DNA of 64,000 nt, from positions 55,608 to 119,607 of the forward strand of contig JAZDQA010000009.1 of assembly GCA_043797085.1 (NCBI GenBank). Direction: 5' to 3'. The notes under the pieces were generated by a model. It was not told where the DNA came from, searched no databases, and worked only from the letters and a program-made list of their open reading frames with translations. Numbering within the stretch: position 1 is the stretch's first letter; every line of letters starts with the position of its first letter. Positions 51,157 to 61,015 of the stretch are shown here, in pieces. The stretch comes from Pseudomonadota bacterium. Its GTDB lineage: Bacteria; Campylobacterota; Campylobacteria; Campylobacterales; Sulfurimonadaceae. The position numbers were made by a program, and so were the translations under genes.

Positions 51157-52375
51157 GACATCTTGTCTGGATAATTTTTTAGAAATAACTTCAAGTAAGC
51201 GTATTCACATGGCAGATTACGTTCCAAATGGAATTCCATTTTACCGAAGTAAAGAAGTTATTGAACGCTCAAAAGGGAACAAAATATCAACAGAACTCTT
51301 TATTTCTGAAGAGCAATTCCATCGTATAAAACTAAAATTTGGAAATCCACAAGATGGTGACATTCTTTTAACATCTGTTGGAACTCTTGGTGTACCATAT
51401 TACATCACAAATGACGGTGACTTTTATTTTAAAGATGGAAATTTAACATGGTTCAGAAATTTTTCGCCTAAACTTAATCCAAAATTTCTTTATTATTGGC
51501 TTATTTCGCCTTCGACACAACAACGTTTAGATGAAATTTCTATCGGTTCAACTCAGCGAGCTCTGACGATAGCTTCTTTAAAAGCATTAGATATTAAATT
51601 GCCTGAATTAGCACAGCAAAAACAAATTGCTGACATCCTATCATCCCTTGACGACAAAATCGCCCTAAATCGCGAAATGAATAAAACCCTTGAGGCGATG
51701 GCACAGGCAATTTTTAAAAGCTGGTTTGTTAATTTTGAGCCGTTTAAAGAGGGTGAATTTGTCGAATCGGAATTGGGGATGATTCCGAAGGGGTGGGAAG
51801 TAAGCAATATAGGGGCTGAAACAACATCTGTAGGTGGAGCAACACCTAGTACCACTAATCCAGAGTTTTGGGAAGATGGGAAATTTTATTGGGCAACTCC
51901 AAAAGATTTATCTGGCTTGCAAGAAAAGGTTTTGATTGGAACAGAACGGAAAATTACAAATTCTGGTGTGAATAAAATTAGTTCAGGTCAATTACCTGTG
52001 GGAACGGTTCTCTTATCATCACGTGCACCTATTGGATACTTGGCAATAACAACCATTCCTGTGTCAATCAATCAAGGATTTATTGCAATGGTTTGTAATA
52101 AAAGACTGCCTAATACCTATGTTTTACAATGGGTAACTTATAAACTGGATGATATTAAGCAAAGAGGGAGTGGTACGACATTTGCTGAAATCAGTAAATC
52201 AACTTTTCGACCGATTCAGGTGCTAGTTCCCGATAAAGAAAGCTTACAAAAATATGATGAAGTTGTGCGTTCATATTACAACCAAATCGCTATAAATATT
52301 CGAGAAACTCTAACTCTTTCAACTCTCTGTGATACCCTTTTGCCGAAGCTTTTGAGTGGGGAGATAAAAATATGA
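51146..52375 (+). CDS. hsdS: Type I restriction-modification specificity subunit
   Basis: Two TRDs with conserved regions [17 protein letters not shown]...[18 protein letters not shown] and [11 protein letters not shown]. Confidence 0.95.
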   Translation: MVFETSCLDNFLEITSSKRIHMADYVPNGIPFYRSKEVIERSKGNKISTELFISEEQFHRIKLKFGNPQDGDILLTSVGTLGVPYYITNDGDFYFKDGNLTWFRNFSPKLNPKFLYYWLISPSTQQRLDEISIGSTQRALTIASLKALDIKLPELAQQKQIADILSSLDDKIALNREMNKTLEAMAQAIFKSWFVNFEPFKEGEFVESELGMIPKGWEVSNIGAETTSVGGATPSTTNPEFWEDGKFYWATPKDLSGLQEKVLIGTERKITNSGVNKISSGQLPVGTVLLSSRAPIGYLAITTIPVSINQGFIAMVCNKRLPNTYVLQWVTYKLDDIKQRGSGTTFAEISKSTFRPIQVLVPDKESLQKYDEVVRSYYNQIAINIRETLTLSTLCDTLLPKLLSGEIKI

Positions 52376-53094
52376 GTAGTGAAAACTTACCGGATGTTAA
52401 TCAAAACGGCGTAGATGATACTGCAAGTTTTTTGAAAATTGCAGCTGGGTTTGTACCGTTGGCAGGTCCGATATTTGCAGAAATAATCGGCTCACTAATA
52501 CCAAATCAGCGTATGGATCGCATAACTGAATTTTTAAAAATTTTAGACATAAGAGTTCAAGCGTTAGGACATGATTGGGAAACTTTAAGAGAAAAGATGA
52601 CAGAAGAAAGCTTTATGAATCTTTTTGAAGAAGGGACATGGCAAGCAGCACGGGCTTCTTCTACAGAACAGAAAGAATATATTGCTAATTTGTTGGCTAA
52701 CGGCATTGATGATGAAGTTCTTGATGAACTGCAAAAAGGTGTTTTTCTGAAAATATTGAGTGAGTTAAATGATGCTGAAATCCTTATTTTGTATAGTTAT
52801 ACTCATAAAATGTGGAATGATGCAGACTTCTATGAGCAACACAAAGACATATTGATAGGTCCAATTGCACATACGGGATCTGATAGCGATGATATTAATG
52901 ATGAAACCGTTTATAAAACCTATCGTGAAAAACTTATACGTTTAAATCTGCTAAATCTAACATTTCCTTCTGTAAAAAAAGGAGAAATTCCAGATTTTGA
53001 TCCCAAAACTGGGATAATGAAATCCAGAGGACACGAATTGACCTCTTTAGGTCGATTGTTTTTGAAATATATTGGATTGGAAGATATATTTTGA
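52372..53094 (+). CDS. Hypothetical protein, Abi-alpha/DUF4393-like, inserted in the hsd operon
   Basis: VP..GP...E, ANLL, IL.EL...EI.IL, L.RL.LL and LT.LG..F patterns; ATGA overlap with hsdS. Confidence 0.6.
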   Translation: MSSENLPDVNQNGVDDTASFLKIAAGFVPLAGPIFAEIIGSLIPNQRMDRITEFLKILDIRVQALGHDWETLREKMTEESFMNLFEEGTWQAARASSTEQKEYIANLLANGIDDEVLDELQKGVFLKILSELNDAEILILYSYTHKMWNDADFYEQHKDILIGPIAHTGSDSDDINDETVYKTYREKLIRLNLLNLTFPSVKKGEIPDFDPKTGIMKSRGHELTSLGRLFLKYIGLEDIF

Positions 53095-53118
53095 TTATCA
53101 AAAAATTATTGACTACAA

Positions 53119-53148
53119 TTTCAGAAAAAAATACTATTTTTTCTGAAA
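53119..53148. promoter_or_regulatory. Near-perfect inverted repeat upstream of the AlbA_2 gene (operator or terminator)
   Basis: TTTCAGAAAAAAATA-C-TATTTTTTCTGAAA. Confidence 0.5.
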
Positions 53149-53225
53149 AAATAAGGCTATGAAATGATGTCGATTAAGCGTGATATAGGATGTTGTATCG
53201 TCTTTACTAACACAAGGAGGGTGGC

Positions 53226-54878
53226 GTGAAACTTTTAGAATTTGAAAATAGCCAAACAGAGTACAAAAGTTTGAAAAAAGTAGTTGGAAAGTCTACTGAT
53301 ATCAAAGATTTAGCTAAAACTTGCGTCTGTCTCGCCAATGCCCAAGGCGGATATCTCATCATAGGGATCGAAGATAAAGACAAATTACCACCTATCGATC
53401 AAAAGATAGATGACAATGATGTTAATGATTTGATTAAAAAACTTCGAGCTCATACTGACAGTGTAGGTCTTGCTAATCCGATAATTTATCCTCATGAAAA
53501 TGGCGGAGAATATTTTTCAATTCGTGTCTTACCATCGACCAAAACAATTGCTATGACAACAGATGGCAAGGTTTATACCCGAGTAGGTGATGAATGTGTC
53601 TCAGTTGGCGGTGTTGATTTAACACGACTAGCCGCTGAAAAAGGTGCCTTTCAATGGGAACTGGTAACGCTAAAAACTGATATTACTCAGATCGATCCTA
53701 TGCGGATTGATATATTTCTTCAGGATATTAGATCATCTGATACTGTTTCAAACTTTATCAAAGAGCTTGGTGATATTGAAATTTTAGAATATTACAAACT
53801 AGTTGATGAAGGATTTATGACGAATTTGGGGATTTTGTGGCTCGGCGACTTCAAGCAACGGTCTCGTCTTAGCTATCCACTTACAGTTCAATACATCGTT
53901 TATAATGACAATGAAGAGAAAATTCGCAAAGAAGAATGGACGCTTAACCAACTCAATCCAAAAGAGCTTTTGATGGAAATTGAAAAAAAAGCGACAGAGC
54001 TAACTTATAGTTATGAACTGCCTGATGGAATGTTCCGTAAAAAAGTTCGCCATTATCCACTGGAAGTTATCCGCGAGTTACTCGTCAATGCTTTTGTTCA
54101 TAAATCATTTACGATTTCGGGAGATATTTTTATCAATGTTTTTCCAAATAGACTCATCATCAAAAATCCGGGTGGTTTACCACTAGGGATTACAAAAGAG
54201 AATATTCTTCATCAAGTACAGCGACGTAATCCGCATTTGATCGATACTTTTAAAGCATTGAAACTCATGGAAAGCGAAGGATCAGGATACGATCTTATTT
54301 TCGAAAAGCTAAGCAAAGATGGGAAACAATATCCTGAAATCGAAAGTGATATTAATGCTATCAGCGTAACAGTATATTCGAATATTATTGACCCTGAGAT
54401 TTTGGAAATCATTGACTATATCACTCAGCATTACCAGCTGTCACAAAAAGAGATGATTGCATTGGGGGCGATTACAAGACATAAAAAAGTATCTGGACAC
54501 GATTTATCCAAGATATTACAGCTCACTAATGATGAACGCTTACGTGATTGGATAGGTAAATTAATCGATCGAAAAATTATTGTCAGTGAGGGAAAAACTA
54601 AAGGGCTAATGTATCAAGTCAATCCAAAGCTACTTGGATCGATAGAACATAATCTCAAACCATCGCTCAAGACAATGGAAGATTATAAAGTCAAAGCATT
54701 AATCCTTGAAGATTTAAAAGTTCATCCAAAGAGTAAGGCTTCGGATGTTCATGGACGGTTGGATGATTTGGATGCTGCCTATGTTCGTAAAATTATATAT
54801 AAACTGAGAGATGACGGACTGATTGAAGCTGAAGGTGCAAGAAAAAATTGCACATATTCTTTGGCAAATAAAAAATAA
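53226..54878 (+). CDS. Schlafen/AlbA_2 + HATPase_c_4 + winged-helix protein
   Basis: E....EYK...LANAQGG.LIIGI.D; RE.LVNA.VH, NPGGL, RN..L, E..GSG; C-terminal wHTH-like repeats. Confidence 0.85.
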   Translation: MKLLEFENSQTEYKSLKKVVGKSTDIKDLAKTCVCLANAQGGYLIIGIEDKDKLPPIDQKIDDNDVNDLIKKLRAHTDSVGLANPIIYPHENGGEYFSIRVLPSTKTIAMTTDGKVYTRVGDECVSVGGVDLTRLAAEKGAFQWELVTLKTDITQIDPMRIDIFLQDIRSSDTVSNFIKELGDIEILEYYKLVDEGFMTNLGILWLGDFKQRSRLSYPLTVQYIVYNDNEEKIRKEEWTLNQLNPKELLMEIEKKATELTYSYELPDGMFRKKVRHYPLEVIRELLVNAFVHKSFTISGDIFINVFPNRLIIKNPGGLPLGITKENILHQVQRRNPHLIDTFKALKLMESEGSGYDLIFEKLSKDGKQYPEIESDINAISVTVYSNIIDPEILEIIDYITQHYQLSQKEMIALGAITRHKKVSGHDLSKILQLTNDERLRDWIGKLIDRKIIVSEGKTKGLMYQVNPKLLGSIEHNLKPSLKTMEDYKVKALILEDLKVHPKSKASDVHGRLDDLDAAYVRKIIYKLRDDGLIEAEGARKNCTYSLANKK

Positions 54879-54890
54879 AAAATGATTTTT

Positions 54891-54968
54891 ATAGAAGATA
54901 AAATTATAAAAATCCCTATTTTTAGGGTTTATTTATTTATTTACAGTACACGCGATAGAAGATAAAAT
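54891..54968. repeat. 14-bp direct repeat flanking a small hairpin after the AlbA_2 gene
   Basis: ATAGAAGATAAAAT at 54891 and 54955, with AATCCCTA-TTTT-TAGGGTT between them. Confidence 0.55.
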
Positions 54969-55067
54969 GACAAATATAAAAAAGATGTATTTATATCCTA
55001 AGCTCATTTTGAACAGCTTAGGATATTCCGAAGGTAGCATAGGATATAAAACAAAGGAAGTGACCTT

Positions 55068-58000
55068 ATGATCAATGAAGACGCATTAGAAAAAGCCGCT
55101 CTCGGATGGTTCACTGAACTTGGCTATGAGATCGTCCATGGTCCAAATATAGCCCCCGATAGTGCGAATAGCGAACGTGCCAACTACAAAGAGATCATTT
55201 TGTGGGGACGACTGGAAAATGCTCTTTACAGACTTAATCCTTCTTTGCCTCACAGTGCTATTTCTGATGCGATTCATATTCTCAAAAACCCTCCTTTTCC
55301 TGCACTGCTTCAAAACAATCATGCACTCCATCGTTATCTTATCGAAGGGGTTCCCGTCGAGTATCATTTGGACGGGGAAACAAGAGGTGATCGTGTCCGT
55401 CTTATCGATTATGACGCACCCGAAAATAACTCCTTTGCAGCAATTAATCAGTTCAGTATCGAAGGTCCAAAACATACTCGTCGTCCTGATGTGATCATTT
55501 TCGTCAACGGATTACCGCTTTCGGTGATCGAGCTCAAAGACCCTACCAATACTGACGCAACGATCTTTGATGCCTATAATCAGCTTCAAACCTATAAAGA
55601 GCAAGTACCTGACCTCTTCGTGTTTAATGCTACTTTGATTATTTCTGATGGGATGAGTGCACGTATCGGATCGTTGACTGCGAATGAAGAACGGTTTTTA
55701 CCATGGCGCCTCTCAAATGATGAGGGATTCACGTTGGAACTCGAAGAGATGATCAAAGACCATTTCGTTAAAGAGCATATCACCGATTATCTCCGCTATT
55801 TCGTCTTATTTGAAGCAAATGAGCGAGGATTTGTAAAAAAGGTTGCCGGATATCATCAGTTCCACGCGGTACGCAAAGCATTAGATGCAACGATCACGGC
55901 AACAAGAACCGGTGGAGATAAAAAGTGCGGTGTTGTATGGCATACCCAAGGCTCAGGAAAAAGTATCTCAATGACATGCTATGCCGCCAAAGTGATGGGG
56001 CATCCGGAGATGAATAACCCTACACTGGTTGTCGTGACCGACCGAAATGATTTGGACGGTCAGCTTTTTGAGCAGTTTGCCATTAGCACCGAACTATTAC
56101 GCCAAACTCCCGAACAAGCCGATAATCGTGATAAACTAAAAGAGCTCCTGTCCGGTCGTCCATCCGGTGGGATTATTTTCACTACCATTCAGAAATTTGC
56201 CCTCGAAGCAGGTGAGAGCGTCTATCCGATCTTAAGTGAACGTTCCAATATCGTCGTTATCGCTGATGAAGCTCACCGAAGCCAGTATGGATTTAATGCC
56301 AAAATGGATACCAAAAGCGGTGTAATCAAATACGGTAATGCTAAATATCTCCATGATGCACTTCCCAAAGCCTCGTTTATCGGGTTTACGGGTACACCGG
56401 TATCTCTCGAAGATCGTGATACGCGTGCGGTGTTTGGTGATTACATCGACGTGTATGATATCGAGCAGGCAGTAAAAGATGGGGCGACGGTTCCGATTTA
56501 CTATGAGAGCCGTCTGGCTAAACTTGATCTTGTTAAAGAGATGCTCGAATACATCGATGAAGAGGTTGAAGATCTCACTGAAGCCGAAGAGGAAGAGGGA
56601 AAAAATAAAACCAAATCCAAATGGGCAGCACTCGAAGCATTGGTTGGTGCAAATCCTCGCATACAAAAGGTCGCTGCTGATCTGGTAGAGCATTTTGAAG
56701 AGCGTATTGCATCGATGGAAGGGAAAGGGATGATCGTCTGTATGAGCCGTGAGATATGTGTACATACATATAATGCTATTACTGCCCTTCGCCCCGAGTG
56801 GCACAGCGAAGATCCTGATAAAGGTTCCATTAAAATCGTCATGACAGGAAGTGCAAGTGATCCTGAATTGCTACGTCCTCATATCTACGATAAAAAGACC
56901 CGTCGTTTGTTCGAAAAACGGGTAAAAGATCCCAACGATCCTCTCAAGCTCGTCATTGTCCGCGATATGTGGCTGACAGGATTTGATGCACCGTGTCTGC
57001 ATACGATGTATATTGATAAACCGATGCGGGGGCATGGGCTCATGCAGGCTATAGCGCGGGTCAACCGTGTTTTTCGAGACAAACCGGGTGGATTGGTCGT
57101 CGATTACATCGGTATTGCCAATCAGCTCAAAGAAGCGCTGAAAGAATATACGGCAAGTCATGGACGAGGTAAGCCGACAGTCAATGTCGAGGAAGCATTA
57201 CGCGTGATGATTCGACACGTTGAAATTTGCCGTGATATGTATCATGGATTTGACTATAGTGCGTTCGTATCGGCACCGCTCCCGTTATTACCCAAAGCGG
57301 CGAATCATATCCTCGGGCTCGAACCGACGATTACACGTGGTAGTGATGGTAAAGAGAAAGTTAAAGAGGGAAAACAGCGTTATGCCGATGTTGTTTTATC
57401 GATTACCAAAGCCCATGCTATCTGTGCGGCGATGGATGAGGCAAAAGAGTATAAAGAAGAGATTGCATTCTTTCAAGCGATCAACTCAATCATCAACAAG
57501 CGTGAGGGAACCAATACCCAACTTGATCGGGACAAAATCAATAAAGCAATGCGCGATATCGTCTCTAATTCCGTGGTTGCTGAGGGGATTGTGGATATCT
57601 TCGACGCAGTTGGTCTCAAAAAACCTGACATATCGATTCTCTCCGATGATTTCTTAGCAGAGCTGAGCGGAATGAAGGAAAAGAATCTTGCTGTGGAATT
57701 ACTCTCGCGATTGATTCAAGATGAAGTTAAATCGAAGATGCGTAAAAACAAAGTGCAAGAAAAACGTTTCTCCGATCTACTGCAAGCATCTCTAGGTAAG
57801 TATCGAAACCGTGCAATCGAAACGGCTCAAGTTATCGAAGAATTGATCGCTATGGCAAAAGATCTAAACCATGCAATGCAACACGGAGAGAAGCTAGGAC
57901 TCAATGAAGACGAAACAGCCTTCTACGATGCATTAGAGTGTAATGAGAGCGCTGTAAGAGAGTTAGGCGACGAAATCCTCAAGAAGATAGCTGTGGAGCT

Positions 58001-58184
58001 CACAACGAAGCTTAGAGAAAATACTACGGTTGATTGGTCTGTTCGTGAATCCGTTCGAGCACGATTACGAATTATGGTCAAACAAGTGTTGAAAAAATAC
58101 AAGTATCCGCCAGATTGTCAGCCTCGGGCTATTGATATGATTTTGGCTCAAGCCGAAGTGTTGAGCGCGGAGTGGGGGAAATAG
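55068..58184 (+). CDS. hsdR: Type I restriction endonuclease subunit R
   Basis: [18 protein letters not shown] nuclease motif, [31 protein letters not shown]. Confidence 0.96.
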   Translation: MINEDALEKAALGWFTELGYEIVHGPNIAPDSANSERANYKEIILWGRLENALYRLNPSLPHSAISDAIHILKNPPFPALLQNNHALHRYLIEGVPVEYHLDGETRGDRVRLIDYDAPENNSFAAINQFSIEGPKHTRRPDVIIFVNGLPLSVIELKDPTNTDATIFDAYNQLQTYKEQVPDLFVFNATLIISDGMSARIGSLTANEERFLPWRLSNDEGFTLELEEMIKDHFVKEHITDYLRYFVLFEANERGFVKKVAGYHQFHAVRKALDATITATRTGGDKKCGVVWHTQGSGKSISMTCYAAKVMGHPEMNNPTLVVVTDRNDLDGQLFEQFAISTELLRQTPEQADNRDKLKELLSGRPSGGIIFTTIQKFALEAGESVYPILSERSNIVVIADEAHRSQYGFNAKMDTKSGVIKYGNAKYLHDALPKASFIGFTGTPVSLEDRDTRAVFGDYIDVYDIEQAVKDGATVPIYYESRLAKLDLVKEMLEYIDEEVEDLTEAEEEEGKNKTKSKWAALEALVGANPRIQKVAADLVEHFEERIASMEGKGMIVCMSREICVHTYNAITALRPEWHSEDPDKGSIKIVMTGSASDPELLRPHIYDKKTRRLFEKRVKDPNDPLKLVIVRDMWLTGFDAPCLHTMYIDKPMRGHGLMQAIARVNRVFRDKPGGLVVDYIGIANQLKEALKEYTASHGRGKPTVNVEEALRVMIRHVEICRDMYHGFDYSAFVSAPLPLLPKAANHILGLEPTITRGSDGKEKVKEGKQRYADVVLSITKAHAICAAMDEAKEYKEEIAFFQAINSIINKREGTNTQLDRDKINKAMRDIVSNSVVAEGIVDIFDAVGLKKPDISILSDDFLAELSGMKEKNLAVELLSRLIQDEVKSKMRKNKVQEKRFSDLLQASLGKYRNRAIETAQVIEELIAMAKDLNHAMQHGEKLGLNEDETAFYDALECNESAVRELGDEILKKIAVELTTKLRENTTVDWSVRESVRARLRIMVKQVLKKYKYPPDCQPRAIDMILAQAEVLSAEWGK

Positions 58185-58260
58185 ACCAAATAACCCCATC
58201 TTAGCTTATTCAACACTCGGTAAAGTCTCTATACTAAAATAAACTATAAAAAACATTGCA

Positions 58261-59178
58261 TCACCCCAAATAATGCTCCGTAATCGAAGCTCTGTAGTGT
58301 TTCATCTCCAGCGATACGCCTTGGAGAGCTTCTTCATAGGAATATCCAAACCTTTGATATTCACGAACACGGTTTTGAGCAAACGTCCATCTGAAGCCAT
58401 GTGAGCCTTCGCTAGCTATTTGAAGTCGTTCACAGACCGTGCGAATATCTTCGGCGTATGCTTTGTAGTTGATTTTGAATTTACCATTTTTAGCGATAAT
58501 CGCTTCGATTTGCCGATAAAGAGACAAAGGTACCAATATATTTCCAACCTTCCCGCCCTTCTCTTTGGTCACTATAACACCAACTTCTTTTTTCGTAATC
58601 TCGTCAGTTTGGTATCCATTGAGTTGATCCGGTTTAATGAGTGTGATTCCCTCCGATCGTGCTCCTCCATGTAATTGTATCATTGCCCCTAATTGATGAA
58701 TTGGATTTGACAGGGACTCAATAAGTGCTTGAGGATTTTTATAGACGCGGTTATGGTAACCATTGGCCACTTGCTTTAATGCACGCGCATTATCAAGTGT
58801 TTGTTGTCGAATATTGAAATCATATTCACGTGGTTCACCATACTTATTAGCAGTGTAACGAGTGAGAGCAGTTTCAAGTTTACCTAAGGCACAAGAGAGC
58901 TTTTCGAGATATTGCTTGGTGGGATAATATTCAATTTTATAAGCTAGATAGGCCTGAATTTGGTCATTGTCAATTTGTTCGAAATCTTTGAATCCCCAAT
59001 GCTCTTTTAGATAATGACCAAAGTTATTCCAAACTCCTCGATAGGTTTCCATGGTTTTGAAGCTGGAAACACATTGATAATTTTGATGAGTTGGATCAAC
59101 GCGATCTTCTTTTTTTGCTCCCTCGACAAAAATCGCTTTCGTTAATTCAGCCGTTTGATAGTAGATAGATCCTCTCAT
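58261..59178 (-). CDS. Tyrosine recombinase-family protein (short, no arm-binding domain)
   Basis: Catalytic set GARSE (R), KGGK (K), HGFR (H-x-x-R) and H.R..IT.HY (H, Y); N-terminal SAM-like helices. Confidence 0.85.
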   Translation of the reverse strand: MRGSIYYQTAELTKAIFVEGAKKEDRVDPTHQNYQCVSSFKTMETYRGVWNNFGHYLKEHWGFKDFEQIDNDQIQAYLAYKIEYYPTKQYLEKLSCALGKLETALTRYTANKYGEPREYDFNIRQQTLDNARALKQVANGYHNRVYKNPQALIESLSNPIHQLGAMIQLHGGARSEGITLIKPDQLNGYQTDEITKKEVGVIVTKEKGGKVGNILVPLSLYRQIEAIIAKNGKFKINYKAYAEDIRTVCERLQIASEGSHGFRWTFAQNRVREYQRFGYSYEEALQGVSLEMKHYRASITEHYLG

Positions 59179-59184
59179 TTTTTA

Positions 59185-59428
59185 CTCGTTGTTTTGAAAT
59201 CGTTTATTCCCATTGTATGGGTAAGTGTGTTGAGTCAATCTGCTTTTTACTGAAGCATAAACAGTTTTATGAGTTCCGATTACAACGAGATGAAAAATAA
59301 AAATATGAAAAAAGTATAACGAGGATTTTGTAATGTTGAGCATGACTAATTTTTGGAACAATAGTGTTACGCACTTTTGCCCCCCGTTTCCTTCGGTAAA
59401 GAACGGAAGGCTAGAAAGTGCTATAACA
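59185..59428 (-). other. Structured leader / inverted-repeat region upstream of the tyrosine recombinase
   Basis: CTCGTTGT/ACAACGAG and AATCG/CGATT close small hairpins; separate long hairpin at 59365-59428. Confidence 0.5.
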
Positions 59429-59450
59429 TCGGGATTTCTAGGATTATAGT

Positions 59451-59906
59451 TTACAATTTTTTACAACGCCAACTTTCCAGAAAAGTTTCCAATTGCTTTA
59501 CAGCCGACTTTCCAAATTGAAAAGATTTTTTCTTGTATTTTGATCGAGAATTTGAATAAGAAACATTTTTATAGCTGAAATCAGATGGCTTTTTACCAGC
59601 TACACGTGTTGCATTCCCAATTAATTCATTCAATAAAATATGCCTCACCACCTCAAGGGGTGATCCTTTGATAAGCATGCTTAGCCTACTCTTTGTAATC
59701 AGCCTCACCCACCAAGGAGGCTGAGGGTAACTGATCATTCTAATCGTCTTGTAGTAAAGCGTTTTACCATTTGATGATTCAATAAAATCACTTAGAGCTT
59801 CTTTCATTTCATCGTCTAAGCCCTTTTTATAATCGCGTACAATGGCTTTTTCATACTGTGTTTTTACCCAGTCTATTTTGTCACGATAGGTGTATTGCTT
59901 TTTCAT
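59451..59906 (-). CDS. Hypothetical basic protein
   Basis: ORF in the co-oriented island operon; start set to MKKQY at 59906. Confidence 0.65.
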   Translation of the reverse strand: MKKQYTYRDKIDWVKTQYEKAIVRDYKKGLDDEMKEALSDFIESSNGKTLYYKTIRMISYPQPPWWVRLITKSRLSMLIKGSPLEVVRHILLNELIGNATRVAGKKPSDFSYKNVSYSNSRSKYKKKSFQFGKSAVKQLETFLESWRCKKL

Positions 59907-59911
59907 CCACC

Positions 59912-60289
59912 CTATTCCCCAAAATCGCATTTATTCAAAATTTTAGTAAGCTTGTTATAAATCAACAAAGATTCAACTTTTGTAAATTTATAGTATTTCC
60001 ATTCTTTTTCATCTTCCTCATAAATTGCAATTGCAACTTTTGGCGGTTGCTTATCGGCTAAGATAAGCGCATAATGGACTTTGTTTATTTTATATTTGAC
60101 CTCATTGACCAGTGCATTTCTATTAAATGCATTAAATATTTCGGCAAAATCAGCAACCTCACTCCATGAGTCAGCGACTATTTTCGAGTCAAGCGTCACA
60201 GAGCAAATCTCATAACGCTTGATGATTTTTTTCGGATCTTCTTTCACCAGCAAATGGCATGTGATGCCATTATAAATTTGAATCGTCAT
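59912..60289 (-). CDS. Hypothetical protein
   Basis: Overlaps the upstream ORF; AAGGA SD. Confidence 0.65.
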   Translation of the reverse strand: MTIQIYNGITCHLLVKEDPKKIIKRYEICSVTLDSKIVADSWSEVADFAEIFNAFNRNALVNEVKYKINKVHYALILADKQPPKVAIAIYEEDEKEWKYYKFTKVESLLIYNKLTKILNKCDFGE

Positions 60290-60794
60290 TCTCTTTTCCT
60301 TTTTTCATAAGTTTTTCAAATTTCAAAATTTCGGTGTGCGATATTTCAAATTTATGATTTTTTAGCAAATATTCAGACACGTCACGCGAAGAATATCCCT
60401 CAGAATTACGCAAATTTAAAACCACGTTTTGCAAATTCAGAAGCTTCTCATGCTTTGGGCTCAGGCGTGGCTTTCGGAACTGTTTCGCACGTGCTTTACT
60501 AACTTTTTTCATGTATCCGAAATTCGTAGAACGGTTTTTTCGATTCATATCCTCTATGTCACTTATAAATTCTTTGAGACCCTCAAAAAATGTAACTTGC
60601 GCCATTAGTATTGGATTCTCGTTCGGATTACCACTTTTAAAGCGATAAAAATGTTTTTTTTGAAGTTTGAAAACTTCATACACAATGAGATCATTTTGTT
60701 TGGCGAGCCATTTTAGAGACTTTTGGCGATCTGCTATACCAATGCCGGAGCATTGATCCATCGTGTTTTTATAAGCATTTGCATCGTCAGTCAT
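60270..60794 (-). CDS. Hypothetical DNA-binding protein with C-terminal HTH-like segment (mobilisation-accessory-like)
   Basis: AAGGA SD; GYS.R.VSEYL...HK..ISH..I pattern; lies directly downstream of the iteron array. Confidence 0.65.
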   Translation of the reverse strand: MTDDANAYKNTMDQCSGIGIADRQKSLKWLAKQNDLIVYEVFKLQKKHFYRFKSGNPNENPILMAQVTFFEGLKEFISDIEDMNRKNRSTNFGYMKKVSKARAKQFRKPRLSPKHEKLLNLQNVVLNLRNSEGYSSRDVSEYLLKNHKFEISHTEILKFEKLMKKGKENDDSNL

Positions 60795-60829
60795 AGAATC
60801 ATCCTTTTATTGTTTCTTGTAAATAAGCT

Positions 60830-61015
60830 ACCGACAACCGACAAAAGCCTCTACAAACCTTGCAAGATAGGCATTTGACGTGTCGGTACCAGTAGATAAA
60901 TTTGACACCGACAAGCACCGACAATTGTCGGGTGTGTCGGTACTGCATTTCACTCCTCACCGACCGTTCAAACTACGATGGCATCGAGTTTATATACGGT
61001 TTTGTCGGTGTCGGT
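60830..61015. repeat. ACCGACA/TGTCGGT iteron array (putative replication origin)
   Basis: ACCGACA at 60830, 60837, 60907, 60917; TGTCGGT at 60881, 60935, 61003, 61009; near-matches at 60926 and 60959. Confidence 0.85.

Noticed and set aside
51146..52375. Invertible hsdS shufflon driven by the nearby tyrosine recombinase
   Set aside because: Only one hsdS; no silent TRD cassettes or flanking inverted repeats were seen.
60830..61015. CRISPR array
   Set aside because: Repeats are 7 bp, in both orientations and irregularly spaced; no cas genes.
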